From NCBI GenBank assembly GCA_964347285.1, contig CAYFYE010000014.1, forward strand, positions 1-32,919: 32,919 nucleotides of DNA. Direction: 5' to 3'. The notes below the pieces were generated by a model. It was given only the letters and a program-made list of their open reading frames with translations, made no database searches and was not told the DNA's origin. Shown here in pieces: positions 19,005-28,258 of the stretch. This DNA is from an uncultured Acidimicrobiia bacterium (GTDB lineage: Bacteria; Actinomycetota; Acidimicrobiia; Spongiisociales; JAOTWH01). The translations under genes were made by a program, and so were the position numbers. Each line of letters starts with the position of its first letter. Position 1 is the first letter of the stretch.

Positions 19005-19321
19005 GCCCCCGGCCCGAACAGGCCTTCGTCGTTTCCATCGATCACGTACGCCGATGCCGCCATGACCCCGCCGACGGCGGCCGGCCATGCCAGGACGATG
19101 GCCGGACGACGCAGCTCCCGGCGGAGCGCGTACACCAGTACTGCCAACGAAGCCCCGAAGAATGCCGGGGCTACCTCGAACACATAGTCGGGCTGGTCGC
19201 CGGTGAGCAGGATCCCCAGCGACTTGTAGATCCACATCAGGCCACCGATAAACGCCGCACTGCCGCTGACGGGCATGAGGCGCGACGCGGGATCTGCCCC
19301 CTCGGCTCGGGCGGTTTGCAC
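18956..19321 (-). pseudogene. Hypothetical membrane protein, probably 3'-truncated
   Basis: GTG 19321 follows AAGGGGGGA. Three TM segments, then the ORF runs out of frame into the serine hydrolase fragment. Confidence 0.55.
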
Positions 19322-19347
19322 CGTTCCCCCCTTGAGTTGTTCCTGAG

Positions 19348-19421
19348 TCGGGACGGCCGGATTTGAACCGGCGACCTCAGCGTCCCGAACGCTGCGCGCT
19401 ACCAAACTGCGCCACGTCCCG
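19348..19421 (-). tRNA. tRNA-Pro (anticodon CGG); CCA not encoded
   Basis: CGGGACG acceptor stem, GCGC D-stem, CAGCG-TTCGGGA-CGCTG anticodon arm, GCCGG-TTCAAAT-CCGGC T-arm, discriminator A. Confidence 0.97.
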
Positions 19422-19438
19422 TGGTGGGACAAATATAC

Positions 19439-20707
19439 CTATCGGTCCGGTGTGCTCGAAGCCGGGCCGGCTTCCACCTTGATCCGGTCGACGCGGTGAC
19501 GGTCCATTCGCAGCACCGTGAACATCAGCCCGTCGTGCGACACCGAGTCGCCCTCGTCCGGGATGCGCCCTGCCAGGTCGAGGATCAGGCCGCCGATCGT
19601 TGTGTACGCCCCGGCGGGGAGCTCTCGATCGAGAGCGGCGGCCAAGTCCTCGATCGGAACTCGCCCGTCGGTCACCCAGCTGTTCGGGCCCATTTGGAGG
19701 ATGGCCGGAGTACCGGGGTCGTACTCGTCCTGCAGCTCTCCGGTCAGCTCGGCGATCAGGTCCTTGATCGTGACCACGCCCTCGACTCCACCATGTTCGT
19801 CGCTGACCACCGCGAAGCCCCAGCGCCGCTGACGCATTTCCTGCAGGAGTTCGAGAATCGGCTTGGACTCCGGCACGAACACCGGCTCCCGGAGCAGCGA
19901 ATGGATCTCTGCGGGGCTTGGGTCGAAGGGTCGGCGCACGACATCTTTGACGTAGAGAACGCCGATCAGTCGGTCGAGATCGTCCTTGATCACTGGGAAG
20001 TGGGAATGGGCGGAGGCGGCCACCGCCTCGCGCACGTCGCCGATCGTTACCGGATCTGTCAGCGTCACGACTGAGGGACGCGGGGTCATCACCTCGCGCA
20101 CCGGGCGGTCGGCCAGGTGGAACAGCGAATGAATGATCTCCCGCTCGACGGCGTGGATCTCGCCGACCTCCTCTCCCAGCAGAGCCATCGTGCGGATGTC
20201 GTCCTCGGTGATCTCCTGAGGGGCCGGACCGAATGGGATGCGGAACAGACGGAAGAGGGCGCGAGAGGCGCCCTGAAAAACGCCCGACAACGGCCGCAAC
20301 AGGCGCGACAGGGTCCAGATGGTGGGGGCCACCGTCAGCGAGAACTGCACCGGGTAACGGGCGGCCACGCTCTTGGGAGTGATCTCGCCCACCACCAGGA
20401 TCACCGCGGTCACCACCAACGTGGCCAGCCACGGTCCCCAGTCCTCGCCGGCCAGGTCGATGAACAGGGCGGTGGCGATGGCCGCGGCCATGATGTTGAC
20501 GAAGTTGTTGGCGACCAGCAGCGTGCTCAGCATGGCATCCGGATCGGCGACCAGATCGGCGACCCGGCGTCCCCGCCGGGTGCGTTCGAGCTGAGGCACC
20601 CGCTCCCGGGGGAGACCGATGAGTGCCGTTTCGGATCCGCTGAAGAATCCAGAGGCGAGGAAGCACGCTCCCAAGATCACGAGATAAGCCACGCGCAACG
20701 CGTTCAC
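19439..20707 (-). CDS. CNNM (DUF21)-CBS-CorC domain protein (hemolysin/TlyC family, putative Mg2+/Co2+ transporter)
   Basis: FFSGSETAL, GEITPK, MTPR, HSHFPV, DEHGGVEGVVTIKDL, YTTIGG. Confidence 0.93.
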   Translation of the reverse strand: MNALRVAYLVILGACFLASGFFSGSETALIGLPRERVPQLERTRRGRRVADLVADPDAMLSTLLVANNFVNIMAAAIATALFIDLAGEDWGPWLATLVVTAVILVVGEITPKSVAARYPVQFSLTVAPTIWTLSRLLRPLSGVFQGASRALFRLFRIPFGPAPQEITEDDIRTMALLGEEVGEIHAVEREIIHSLFHLADRPVREVMTPRPSVVTLTDPVTIGDVREAVAASAHSHFPVIKDDLDRLIGVLYVKDVVRRPFDPSPAEIHSLLREPVFVPESKPILELLQEMRQRRWGFAVVSDEHGGVEGVVTIKDLIAELTGELQDEYDPGTPAILQMGPNSWVTDGRVPIEDLAAALDRELPAGAYTTIGGLILDLAGRIPDEGDSVSHDGLMFTVLRMDRHRVDRIKVEAGPASSTPDR

Positions 20708-20765
20708 GGGGTCCCCTTCCAGGCCCGGCCGGTACTGGACGGCTCGCCGTCGGGCGGCGATCCGA

Positions 20766-21146
20766 TCACGACATCTCCTCGGCGCCGAGGACGTCGTCGA
20801 TGGCCCGCCTCAGATCGAAGGCGGTGAAGGGTTTTTGGATCGAGGCATCGGCACCAGCCCGGCGAGCCAGGAAAGCGTCGGCCCGGCGGTCGAGCAGCAG
20901 CACTACCGGCACTCGCGGCGCTCCGTCCACGTGGGTGGCGTCCCGAAGGGATCGGGTGATGGCCATTCCGCCCATGCTCTTGACCTGGAGATCCACCACG
21001 GCAACATCGGCGGCCCCTTTCCCGGCCCGGGAGACGGCAGCCTCCGGCTCTTCCTCATCGATCAACGTGAAGCGCGGCTCACTGAGGGCCGCATGTACCT
21101 CGTTGCGGACCCAGGGCTCGTCGGTCACGACCAGGACCCTCGGCAT
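20766..21146 (-). CDS. Stand-alone response regulator receiver domain (resembles the Rv3143 type)
   Basis: VLVVTDE, VVDL, MGGMAITRSLRD, GADASIQKPF. No output domain. Confidence 0.85.
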   Translation of the reverse strand: MPRVLVVTDEPWVRNEVHAALSEPRFTLIDEEEPEAAVSRAGKGAADVAVVDLQVKSMGGMAITRSLRDATHVDGAPRVPVVLLLDRRADAFLARRAGADASIQKPFTAFDLRRAIDDVLGAEEMS

Positions 21147-21268
21147 GGCGAGGACTGTAGTACGGGGTCGGGTCGCTCCCGGGACGGTTCAGCGCATGCC
21201 GGATCGATCGCGGAACCGACGCCGGTGCCGTCGGCGGGGGGCGCTACCCGCCTCCCTAAGATCGCCTC

Positions 21269-22546
21269 ATGTCCCCGGTCCGCCGCCTGCTTGCTGTGTC
21301 GCTGGCAGCCGGCTCGGTCATGCTGATCGGGACCGGCCCGGCGGCTTCCCAGCAAGACCCGGTCGAGGTGATCGAGATCAGTGGCCCGCTCGACGAGCGG
21401 GTCATCGACTTCGTCATCGAGGCGGTGGAGGAGTCGGCCGCCCAGCTGCTGGTCATCCAGCTGGACTCTCCGGGTGCGGTCAGTGGACGCATCTCGGACT
21501 TGATCGATCTCGTAGCCGAGCCTCCCGTGCCGGTGGCGGGGTGGGTGGGTCCGGCCCCGGCAGTGGCCCGGGGCGGGGCTGCCCAGCTCCTGGCGACCGC
21601 CCCCATTCGGGCGGCAGCCCCCGGTGCCGATATTGGTCACCTGTGGCCGACCGTTGCCGGAAACACCTCGGAGCCTCGCGCCGCAGTGGCCGAGCGCTTC
21701 CCCGACGCCGGTCCACTGATACACGGGGAAGCATCGGTCGGCGACGACGAGGTGCCGATCGTGGAGATGATCCAGCCGACGGTGGGCCAGCTTGTCGTGG
21801 GAGTGGACGGAATGGTTGTAGAGGTACAGGGGGAGATGAGGGAACTGGTGACCGCAGCCGAAGCCACCACCGATGAGGGAACCGAGACTCGCAAGCCGAC
21901 GGCCGAAGTGCAATTCCGCAAGCCGGACCTCTTTACGCGGACTCTTCGGCTGGCAACTCGCCCCGAGGGGACGCTCTTCTTCCTGGTGACGGGGATCTCC
22001 CTGGTCGTCTTCGAGTTCTACGCGGCCGGTCCGGGGGTGATGGCCGTTGCGGCGCTGATGTCATTGCTGCTGGCTGGATACGGGATGGCCACCCTGCCGA
22101 TGCGATGGTGGGCGGTCGGTGCGGTGGTGGTGGGTCTTGGACTCTACGCCGCCGACTTCCAACGCAACGACCTGGGGTGGCGCAGCTTGGCCGGGACGGG
22201 CCTGTTGGGCATCGGTGGTTTCTGGTTCGTAGACGCCGGCGCCCAGTTCTCGACGGTGTGGTGGGCGGTGCTCCTGATCGTGGCCGGGGCCGGCCTGTTC
22301 TTCGGGTTTGGGATGACTGCGGTGGTCAGGGCACGGTTCTCCACCCGCACCATCGGGAGGGACCAGCTGGTGGGAGCGACGGGGCAGGCCGAGACCGATC
22401 TCGACCCCAAGGGAGTCGTTGTGGTACGTGGAGCCCGTTGGCGAGCCGGCGCGGCCCGGGCCGCCCGAATTCACTCCGGCGACGAGGTCCGGGTGGTGGG
22501 CGTCGACGGCATCGAACTGGAGGTCGAACCCATCGCTCCGGGCTGA
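21269..22546 (+). CDS. NfeD-family protein (ClpP-like N-domain, TM domain, C-terminal OB-fold)
   Basis: Signal peptide, IQLDSPG, FEFYAAGPG, and the C-terminal LVGATGQAETDLDPKGVVVVRGARWRA...VRVVGVDGIELEV. Confidence 0.85.
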   Translation: MSPVRRLLAVSLAAGSVMLIGTGPAASQQDPVEVIEISGPLDERVIDFVIEAVEESAAQLLVIQLDSPGAVSGRISDLIDLVAEPPVPVAGWVGPAPAVARGGAAQLLATAPIRAAAPGADIGHLWPTVAGNTSEPRAAVAERFPDAGPLIHGEASVGDDEVPIVEMIQPTVGQLVVGVDGMVVEVQGEMRELVTAAEATTDEGTETRKPTAEVQFRKPDLFTRTLRLATRPEGTLFFLVTGISLVVFEFYAAGPGVMAVAALMSLLLAGYGMATLPMRWWAVGAVVVGLGLYAADFQRNDLGWRSLAGTGLLGIGGFWFVDAGAQFSTVWWAVLLIVAGAGLFFGFGMTAVVRARFSTRTIGRDQLVGATGQAETDLDPKGVVVVRGARWRAGAARAARIHSGDEVRVVGVDGIELEVEPIAPG

Positions 22547-22623
22547 CCTGGAGATTTATTCCTGGCGCCCTGCCGGGCGGGATGGTAGGTTCGCCGGGCA
22601 GCCGAGGAGGAGGGCCCGAGCCT

Positions 22624-22896
22624 TTGAGCACCCCCGCGCTTCCCGATCGTTCTTGGCAAGCAGACGCCCTGTGCCGGGGCAACCACTCCCATCTCTTCTT
22701 TCCCCCGAGCACCGTAGAGCGAAAGGAGGAGCGGGAGCGCCGAGAGCTCAAAGCCAAGGCGATCTGCTCCGTATGTCCGGTGAAGGAGCCGTGCCTCGAC
22801 TATGCCCTGATGATCCGTGAGCCGTACGGCATCTGGGGAGGGCTCACCGAGGCGGAGCGGCGCCAGCACCTGGCCCGCCAGCCTTCTTCCTTCTGA
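22624..22896 (+). CDS. WhiB-family Fe-S transcriptional regulator (WhiB3/WhiD-like)
   Basis: TTG start after GAGGAGGAGG. WQADALC...AKAICSVCPVKEPCLDYAL...EPYGIWGGLTEAER has four Cys and the GIWGG turn. Confidence 0.93.
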   Translation: MSTPALPDRSWQADALCRGNHSHLFFPPSTVERKEERERRELKAKAICSVCPVKEPCLDYALMIREPYGIWGGLTEAERRQHLARQPSSF

Positions 22897-24658
22897 GCCG
22901 GCGAACGTCGCCCCGCCGCTCGGTCACCCCGCGCCGGTCCAGCCATTCGAGAAGCGGAACTGCATGGCGGCGCGTCATCCCGAAGGCATCCCGAAAGGCG
23001 GCGACGGTGAAATCGTCACCCAGTTCGCCCAGGCCGGCTTCGATCTGAGCGATCTGAGCGGGCAGGTACACCAGGTCGTCGGCGATGCGTACCAGCCGAC
23101 CGTCTCGTTCCAGGGCGTGCAGCAGCTCGAGGTCGAGGCCCAGCTGTGAGGCCCGGGGCACCGCCAGACTCTCCCCCAGTAGCCCTTGGGCCTCCACCCA
23201 GGCCTGCTCCTGTTCGGCGTTGTAACCCCCTCCGAACGTGGCCAGGCGGACCGTGCTGCCTTCCCCTTCCAGTCTGTCTTCAGCGGAGAGGAGAGCCTCG
23301 AGCTGCCCGATGCTGATGCCGAGCGATCCGGCCAGGCTGGCTCTGGGAATACCGGGCCGCAGCGGGTTGGCTTCGTGGTAGGAGGCCACCTCAGTCGCGG
23401 CGCGCTCGAGGAGTCGATCGGCCTCGATCGGTGCGATTGCCCGTCCGTCGGCCACGAGTCCCACCGATGGCGTTCCACCTCCGCTGTGCGCCTTCAGTGC
23501 AGACAGCTCGGCACTGCCCCGGGCCGCCAGGAGGGCGTCGGCCCCCTCGTCGGCATCTCGGTCCAGCACCGCCCGCAAAGCGGCTGCGGTCTTGGCGGCG
23601 GCGCGCCCCGATCGAGCCGGTGCCGGGTCGAGGACTCGGCCGCCGCCGACAACGGCCCGCCTTCCCACCTCCCGCAGGATGAAGCGATCGCCCATGGCGA
23701 GCGGGACGCGGGCAGACAGCCGTATCAGTGCCGTCTCTTCGTCCACGAGGCGGAGGCGAGCCGGCCATGCCCCACTGCCGAGGTGGACGTGATACGCACC
23801 CCGGTCGGCCAGTGGTTGCCCGAGGCTGCGGACCGCCCGGACCGCGGCCAGCAGCTCCCGGGTGGGCAGCCACTGGTCGGTGCGCCCCAGCATGGCCCCT
23901 CTCGTGACCTCACCGGCGTCGAGGCCGGTGAGGTTGACGGCGGTGCGTTCGCCCGGGCGGGCTTTGGTGATGGCGCGCTCGTGGCTCTGTAAACCCCGGA
24001 TCCGGGCCTCCAGGGGCCCGGGCCACACCGCTACGGTCTCACCCACCGCCAGACTTCCCCCGGTCAGGGTCCCGGTGACGACGGTTCCGGCTCCCGCGAT
24101 CACAAACGAGCGATCGATCCACAGGCGGGGCCGGGTGCGGTCGATGGCCGGCGGAGCCGCTTGTACCGCTTCCGCCAGCGCGTTGCGCAGCTGCTCGATG
24201 CCGACCCCGGTCGGCGCCGACACCGGCACGATGGGAGCTGGCTCGAGGGTGGTGCCGGCCAACCGGTCGGCCACCTCGGCCGTAGCCAACTCCATCATTT
24301 CGTCATCCACCATGTCGATCCGGGTGAGGGCGACGACTCCGTACCGGATCTCGAGCAGGTCGAGGACGGCCAGATGTTCTTCCGACTGCGGCATCCAGCC
24401 CTCGTCGGCGGCCACGACGAAGAGGGCCGCCTGCACCGCCTCGATGCCGGCCAGCATGTTCTTGATGAAGCGCTCGTGGCCCGGTACGTCGACGAACCCC
24501 ACCTCGACGCCGCCCAGATCGGTCCAGGCGAATCCGAGGTCGATGGTGAGGCCCCGTCTCTTTTCCTCGGCGAGACGATCGGGATCGCGGCCGGTGAGGG
24601 CCTCCACCAGTGTCGACTTGCCGTGGTCGACGTGACCGGCCGTGCCGATTACCGGCAT
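22844..24658 (-). CDS. selB: Selenocysteine-specific translation elongation factor
   Basis: IGTAGHVDHGKSTL, RGLTIDLGF, DVPGHERF, and the C-terminal winged helix AVPLLEWLD...TERRGDVR. Directly downstream of selA. Confidence 0.96.
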   Translation of the reverse strand: MPVIGTAGHVDHGKSTLVEALTGRDPDRLAEEKRRGLTIDLGFAWTDLGGVEVGFVDVPGHERFIKNMLAGIEAVQAALFVVAADEGWMPQSEEHLAVLDLLEIRYGVVALTRIDMVDDEMMELATAEVADRLAGTTLEPAPIVPVSAPTGVGIEQLRNALAEAVQAAPPAIDRTRPRLWIDRSFVIAGAGTVVTGTLTGGSLAVGETVAVWPGPLEARIRGLQSHERAITKARPGERTAVNLTGLDAGEVTRGAMLGRTDQWLPTRELLAAVRAVRSLGQPLADRGAYHVHLGSGAWPARLRLVDEETALIRLSARVPLAMGDRFILREVGRRAVVGGGRVLDPAPARSGRAAAKTAAALRAVLDRDADEGADALLAARGSAELSALKAHSGGGTPSVGLVADGRAIAPIEADRLLERAATEVASYHEANPLRPGIPRASLAGSLGISIGQLEALLSAEDRLEGEGSTVRLATFGGGYNAEQEQAWVEAQGLLGESLAVPRASQLGLDLELLHALERDGRLVRIADDLVYLPAQIAQIEAGLGELGDDFTVAAFRDAFGMTRRHAVPLLEWLDRRGVTERRGDVRRLRRKKAGGPGAGAAPPR

Positions 24659-25986
24659 GCCTCGGCCAGCGCGGCCGCCACCGCCTCGTCTTCGACGGGG
24701 GCAACGGCGCGCAGATCGATGACGAGGCCCTCGTCCTCGCGCCGGGCCAGGACTGGTTGCCGCCCGGCCAGCAGCCGCTTCCATGTCGGGTCGGGTTGGC
24801 CGGGAACGTGAATGATCGGCGAAGGGATGTCGCCGCGCGGGACCGACCCGGCCCCGGGGATCGAAGAGCCTTGCAGTACCCGGCCGTCCACGGCGGCGGC
24901 GGCGAGGACATTGTTGGCTCGGACTTCCAGCTCCTCGTAGGGCAGCGAAGCCATCGCCCAGAAAGGGATTTCCGCCCCCCGGCCGTCGGCATACAGCTCC
25001 AACACCGATGCCAGGGCGGCCAGGGTCGAGCCGTCGCACCGCACCGCTCGGGCCACCGGATGGCGGGCCATGTCGGCAATGAGCTCGCCCCCGCCGACGG
25101 CAATGCCGGCCTGGGGACCACCGAGGAGCTTGTCGCCGGAGAACAGCACCACGCCGGCGCCGGCCTCCAGGGTTTGGCGCACCGCCGCCTCATCGGCCAG
25201 CCACGACGGTGGCGCTCCGTCCAGCCACGGTACCCGGGCGTCCAGCAGCCCACTCCCGACATCGGCGACGAGGGGGATGTCGTGCCGGCGAGCCAGGTCG
25301 GCCAGGGTGCTGTAGTCGGCCTCCTCGGTGAACCCCTCGATGCGGTAGTTCGAGGGGTGGACCTTCAGCAGCAGGGCGGCCCGGCCGGCTACCGCCTCGT
25401 AGTCGGCCAACCGGGTGCGGTTGGTCGTCCCGACTTCGAGGAGGCGAGCACCGGAGGCCGCCATCAGCTCCGGCAGGCGAAACGATCCGCCGATCTCGAT
25501 GAGCTCTCCGCGGGATACGACGGCGTCGCGGCCCCCGGCCAGGGCGGCCAGCGCCAGAAACAGAGCCCCGGCGTTGTTGTTGACGACCAGAGCATCGCCG
25601 GCTCCGGTGAGCGCCTGCAGCAGGCTGCGTACATAGCCGCCCCGACCTCCCCGGCGGGCGCCGTCGAGATCGAACTCGATGTTGCCGTAGTGCCGGGCCG
25701 CCTCGGCGGCGCTGGTGACGGCCGGCGCCGGCCAGGGTGCCCGGCCGAGGTTGGTGTGCAGCAGCACCCCCGTGGCGTTGATGATGCGGCGGGGGCGGCC
25801 GGCGGCGACTCGGGCGATCTCGGCTCCGGCCAGGGCGGCGGCGTCGGCTTCCTCGCCGGCTTCGATCGCGGTGCGGGCGCGCTCCACCCCGAAGCGGGCC
25901 GCCTCCATCACCAGGATCCCGGGGAGCCCATGCGAATCAAGGGATCTGGCGAGGGCGTCGACCGAGGGGAGATCCCGGAGCGCCAT
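24649..25986 (-). CDS. selA: L-seryl-tRNA(Sec) selenium transferase
   Basis: INATGVLLHTNLGRA, VNNNAGA, SRGELIEIGGSFR, EVGTTNRT, FSGDKLLGGPQAG (PLP lysine). Confidence 0.97.
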   Translation of the reverse strand: MALRDLPSVDALARSLDSHGLPGILVMEAARFGVERARTAIEAGEEADAAALAGAEIARVAAGRPRRIINATGVLLHTNLGRAPWPAPAVTSAAEAARHYGNIEFDLDGARRGGRGGYVRSLLQALTGAGDALVVNNNAGALFLALAALAGGRDAVVSRGELIEIGGSFRLPELMAASGARLLEVGTTNRTRLADYEAVAGRAALLLKVHPSNYRIEGFTEEADYSTLADLARRHDIPLVADVGSGLLDARVPWLDGAPPSWLADEAAVRQTLEAGAGVVLFSGDKLLGGPQAGIAVGGGELIADMARHPVARAVRCDGSTLAALASVLELYADGRGAEIPFWAMASLPYEELEVRANNVLAAAAVDGRVLQGSSIPGAGSVPRGDIPSPIIHVPGQPDPTWKRLLAGRQPVLARREDEGLVIDLRAVAPVEDEAVAAALAEACR

Positions 25987-26023
25987 GCCGGAAAGCCTAC
26001 CGGCGACGGTATGCTCGCCTTTC

Positions 26024-26398
26024 GTGGGCTGGCTCTTCTTCTTGTTCCTGGCGATTCCGCTGGCAGAGATCGCTCTCTTCATCGTCGTGGGGGAGAGGAT
26101 CGGGGTGTGGACGACCGTCGGCCTGGTGGCGCTCACGGCCTTCGTGGGGGCCTACCTGGTGTCCAGCCAGGGACGGGGGGTGATCCGTCGCATCACCACC
26201 GTCTTCCGCTCCGGCGCCTTTCCCGGTGCCGAGCTGGCTCATGGGGCCATGGTCCTGTTTGGAGGCGCCCTCCTGCTGACCCCCGGCTTCTTGACCGACG
26301 CGCTCGGCCTGGCGCTGATGGTCCCCGCGGTCCGGGAGGCACTACGCCGCTGGGGAGCCCGCCGCTACCGCAACCGCATCGAGATCATCGATCTTTGA
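26024..26398 (+). CDS. fxsA: FxsA family membrane protein
   Basis: IPLAEIALFIVVGERIG, GGALLLTPGFLTDALG. Confidence 0.9.
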   Translation: MGWLFFLFLAIPLAEIALFIVVGERIGVWTTVGLVALTAFVGAYLVSSQGRGVIRRITTVFRSGAFPGAELAHGAMVLFGGALLLTPGFLTDALGLALMVPAVREALRRWGARRYRNRIEIIDL

Positions 26399-28085
26399 CC
26401 GGGGTTTCACCGGACCCGGAGCCGAATGTGGGTGCCGGCCGCGCCATCGGAGATCGGGGAGCAACGGGGGCCACCGGCTGGTAGGCGGCGCCCAATGGAG
26501 GGCGAGGATCCGGCTCGCCGCGATTGGGCCACATCGCCATGGCCCGCTCGGTCATGGCAGCGATTGTCAAGGACGGGTTGGCGCCCAGGTTGGCCCCCAC
26601 TGCCGAGCCGTCGGCCACATGGAGACCGTCGTGACCGTAGACCCGTTGGTAGGGATCGACGACTCCGGCGGCCGGGGAATCCCCGATGACGGCGCCACCG
26701 AGAATGTGGGCGGTAGCCGGGGCGTCGAACAGCACCTCGTTGATGGCACTGCCGGGGAATCCTCCAATGGTATCGGCGGCCACCCGGGCGGCTTGGTTGG
26801 CAATCGGGATATAGGTGGGCGTCGGCTCGCCCTCGCCGGGTGCGACGCCGAGACGTCGACCAAGCAGACCGCGCTTGCGCACCACTCGGAGACTGTTGTC
26901 CAGGTCCTGCATTGCCAGAAGGATCACCGTTCGTTCCGACCACCGGTACACGGACAGCGACCGCAGGAACACGATCGGATGGCGGATGATCGCAGCCAGG
27001 AATCGGAGCGGGCGGGGCACCCGGCCCCCGCCGTCGACCAGCAAGGTTCCCAAGAGGCCCATTGCATTCGACCCTTTGGGATAGCGGACCAACTGGAGGT
27101 GGGTATGGGGCTCGGGATGGATCGAGGATGAGATGGCAATGCCCTGGGAGTAATCGACCCGAGTATGTGGTGCACTGGCACCGAGCAGAGCTTCCGAGTT
27201 GGTGCGCACCATGCGTCCCACTCGATCGGACAGGTGGGGGAGCCGGGCCCGGTCTCGCAGTGCCAGCAGCAGTCTCACCGTTCCCAGGGCTCCGGCCGAT
27301 AGAACGACCTGTTCGGCAGTGAACGTGCGCCGCCGGTCGCGCAACCAGGCCCCCGGCCTGACGGTCGTGATCCGATAGCCTCCCCCGTCTAAGGGCACCA
27401 AATCGATCACCTGATGCTCGGGGTGGACCACAGCGCCGCCCTCCTCCGCCAGGTAGAGGTAGTTGCGGTCGAGGGTGTTCTTGGCATTGTGCCGGCAGCC
27501 CACCATGCAGGCGCCGCAACGGATGCAGCCGGTGCGGCTAGGCCCGGAACCGCCGAAATAGGGATCGGGCACCTCGACGCCCGGCTCCCCGAACCACACT
27601 CCTACCGTGTTGTAACGGAACGTCTCGGCAGCCTCGAAATGGTCGGCGACCCGACGGAGCACCTCGTCGGTGGGAGTGTCGAAGGGGGTCTGGACGGCCC
27701 CCAGCATGCGGCGGGCCAGGTCGAAAAAGGGCGCCAGCTCGGCCCGCCAATCGGTGATGTGCACCCACTGGTGGTGGGTGAAGAAAGCCTCGTGCGGTTC
27801 GTACAGGACGTTGCCGTATACCAGCGAGCCCCCGCCCACACCCGCTCCGGACAACACGAGGGTGCCTCCGAGGAGATCCAGGCGTTGAATGCCGCGCATC
27901 CCCCAACGGGGAAACCACAGGAACCGCCGCACGTTCCAGTTGGTGCTCGGGAAGTCAGACGCCGCGAAGCGGCGCCCGGCTTCCATCACCCCGACCCGAT
28001 AGCCCTTTTCGGTCAGCCGCAGGGCGGAGACACTGCCGCCGAAGCCGCTTCCGACGATGATCACCTCGTAGTCGAAACGCTTCAC
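26385..28085 (-). CDS. GMC oxidoreductase, cholesterol oxidase-like (ChoD type)
   Basis: IVGSGFGGSVSALRLTEKGY, GAGVGGGSLVY, CIRCGACMVGC, NAKNTLDRNYL, TAHILGG, NPSLTI. GTG start at 28085. Confidence 0.9.
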   Translation of the reverse strand: MKRFDYEVIIVGSGFGGSVSALRLTEKGYRVGVMEAGRRFAASDFPSTNWNVRRFLWFPRWGMRGIQRLDLLGGTLVLSGAGVGGGSLVYGNVLYEPHEAFFTHHQWVHITDWRAELAPFFDLARRMLGAVQTPFDTPTDEVLRRVADHFEAAETFRYNTVGVWFGEPGVEVPDPYFGGSGPSRTGCIRCGACMVGCRHNAKNTLDRNYLYLAEEGGAVVHPEHQVIDLVPLDGGGYRITTVRPGAWLRDRRRTFTAEQVVLSAGALGTVRLLLALRDRARLPHLSDRVGRMVRTNSEALLGASAPHTRVDYSQGIAISSSIHPEPHTHLQLVRYPKGSNAMGLLGTLLVDGGGRVPRPLRFLAAIIRHPIVFLRSLSVYRWSERTVILLAMQDLDNSLRVVRKRGLLGRRLGVAPGEGEPTPTYIPIANQAARVAADTIGGFPGSAINEVLFDAPATAHILGGAVIGDSPAAGVVDPYQRVYGHDGLHVADGSAVGANLGANPSLTIAAMTERAMAMWPNRGEPDPRPPLGAAYQPVAPVAPRSPMARPAPTFGSGSGETPVKDR

Positions 28086-28258
28086 GGAGGTCTCCCCGGC
28101 CGACCCGGCAATCGCCAGGCTACCCGGCCGAGACTCCTCGGGCCTCAACCACTTTCGGCGCGCCGAAGGGCGGTGCGACGGCCGAAACGGAAGCCCTCCG
28201 TGTTATCTTGGCGCCGCGGAGCGAAGGGCCTCGGTGAGCAGCCGGGGAGGCCGCATCG

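Noticed and set aside
17004..19347. Intact integrative element or prophage at tRNA-Pro
   Set aside because: No integrase, transposase, phage gene or att direct repeat was found.
24610..26484. Long alternative ORFs (24610-26484; also 1756-2880, 4368-5639, 10903-12045, 19377-20666, 26407-27519, 29475-30356)
   Set aside because: These are shadow ORFs overlapping well-supported genes, as expected at high GC, and they carry no recognisable motifs.
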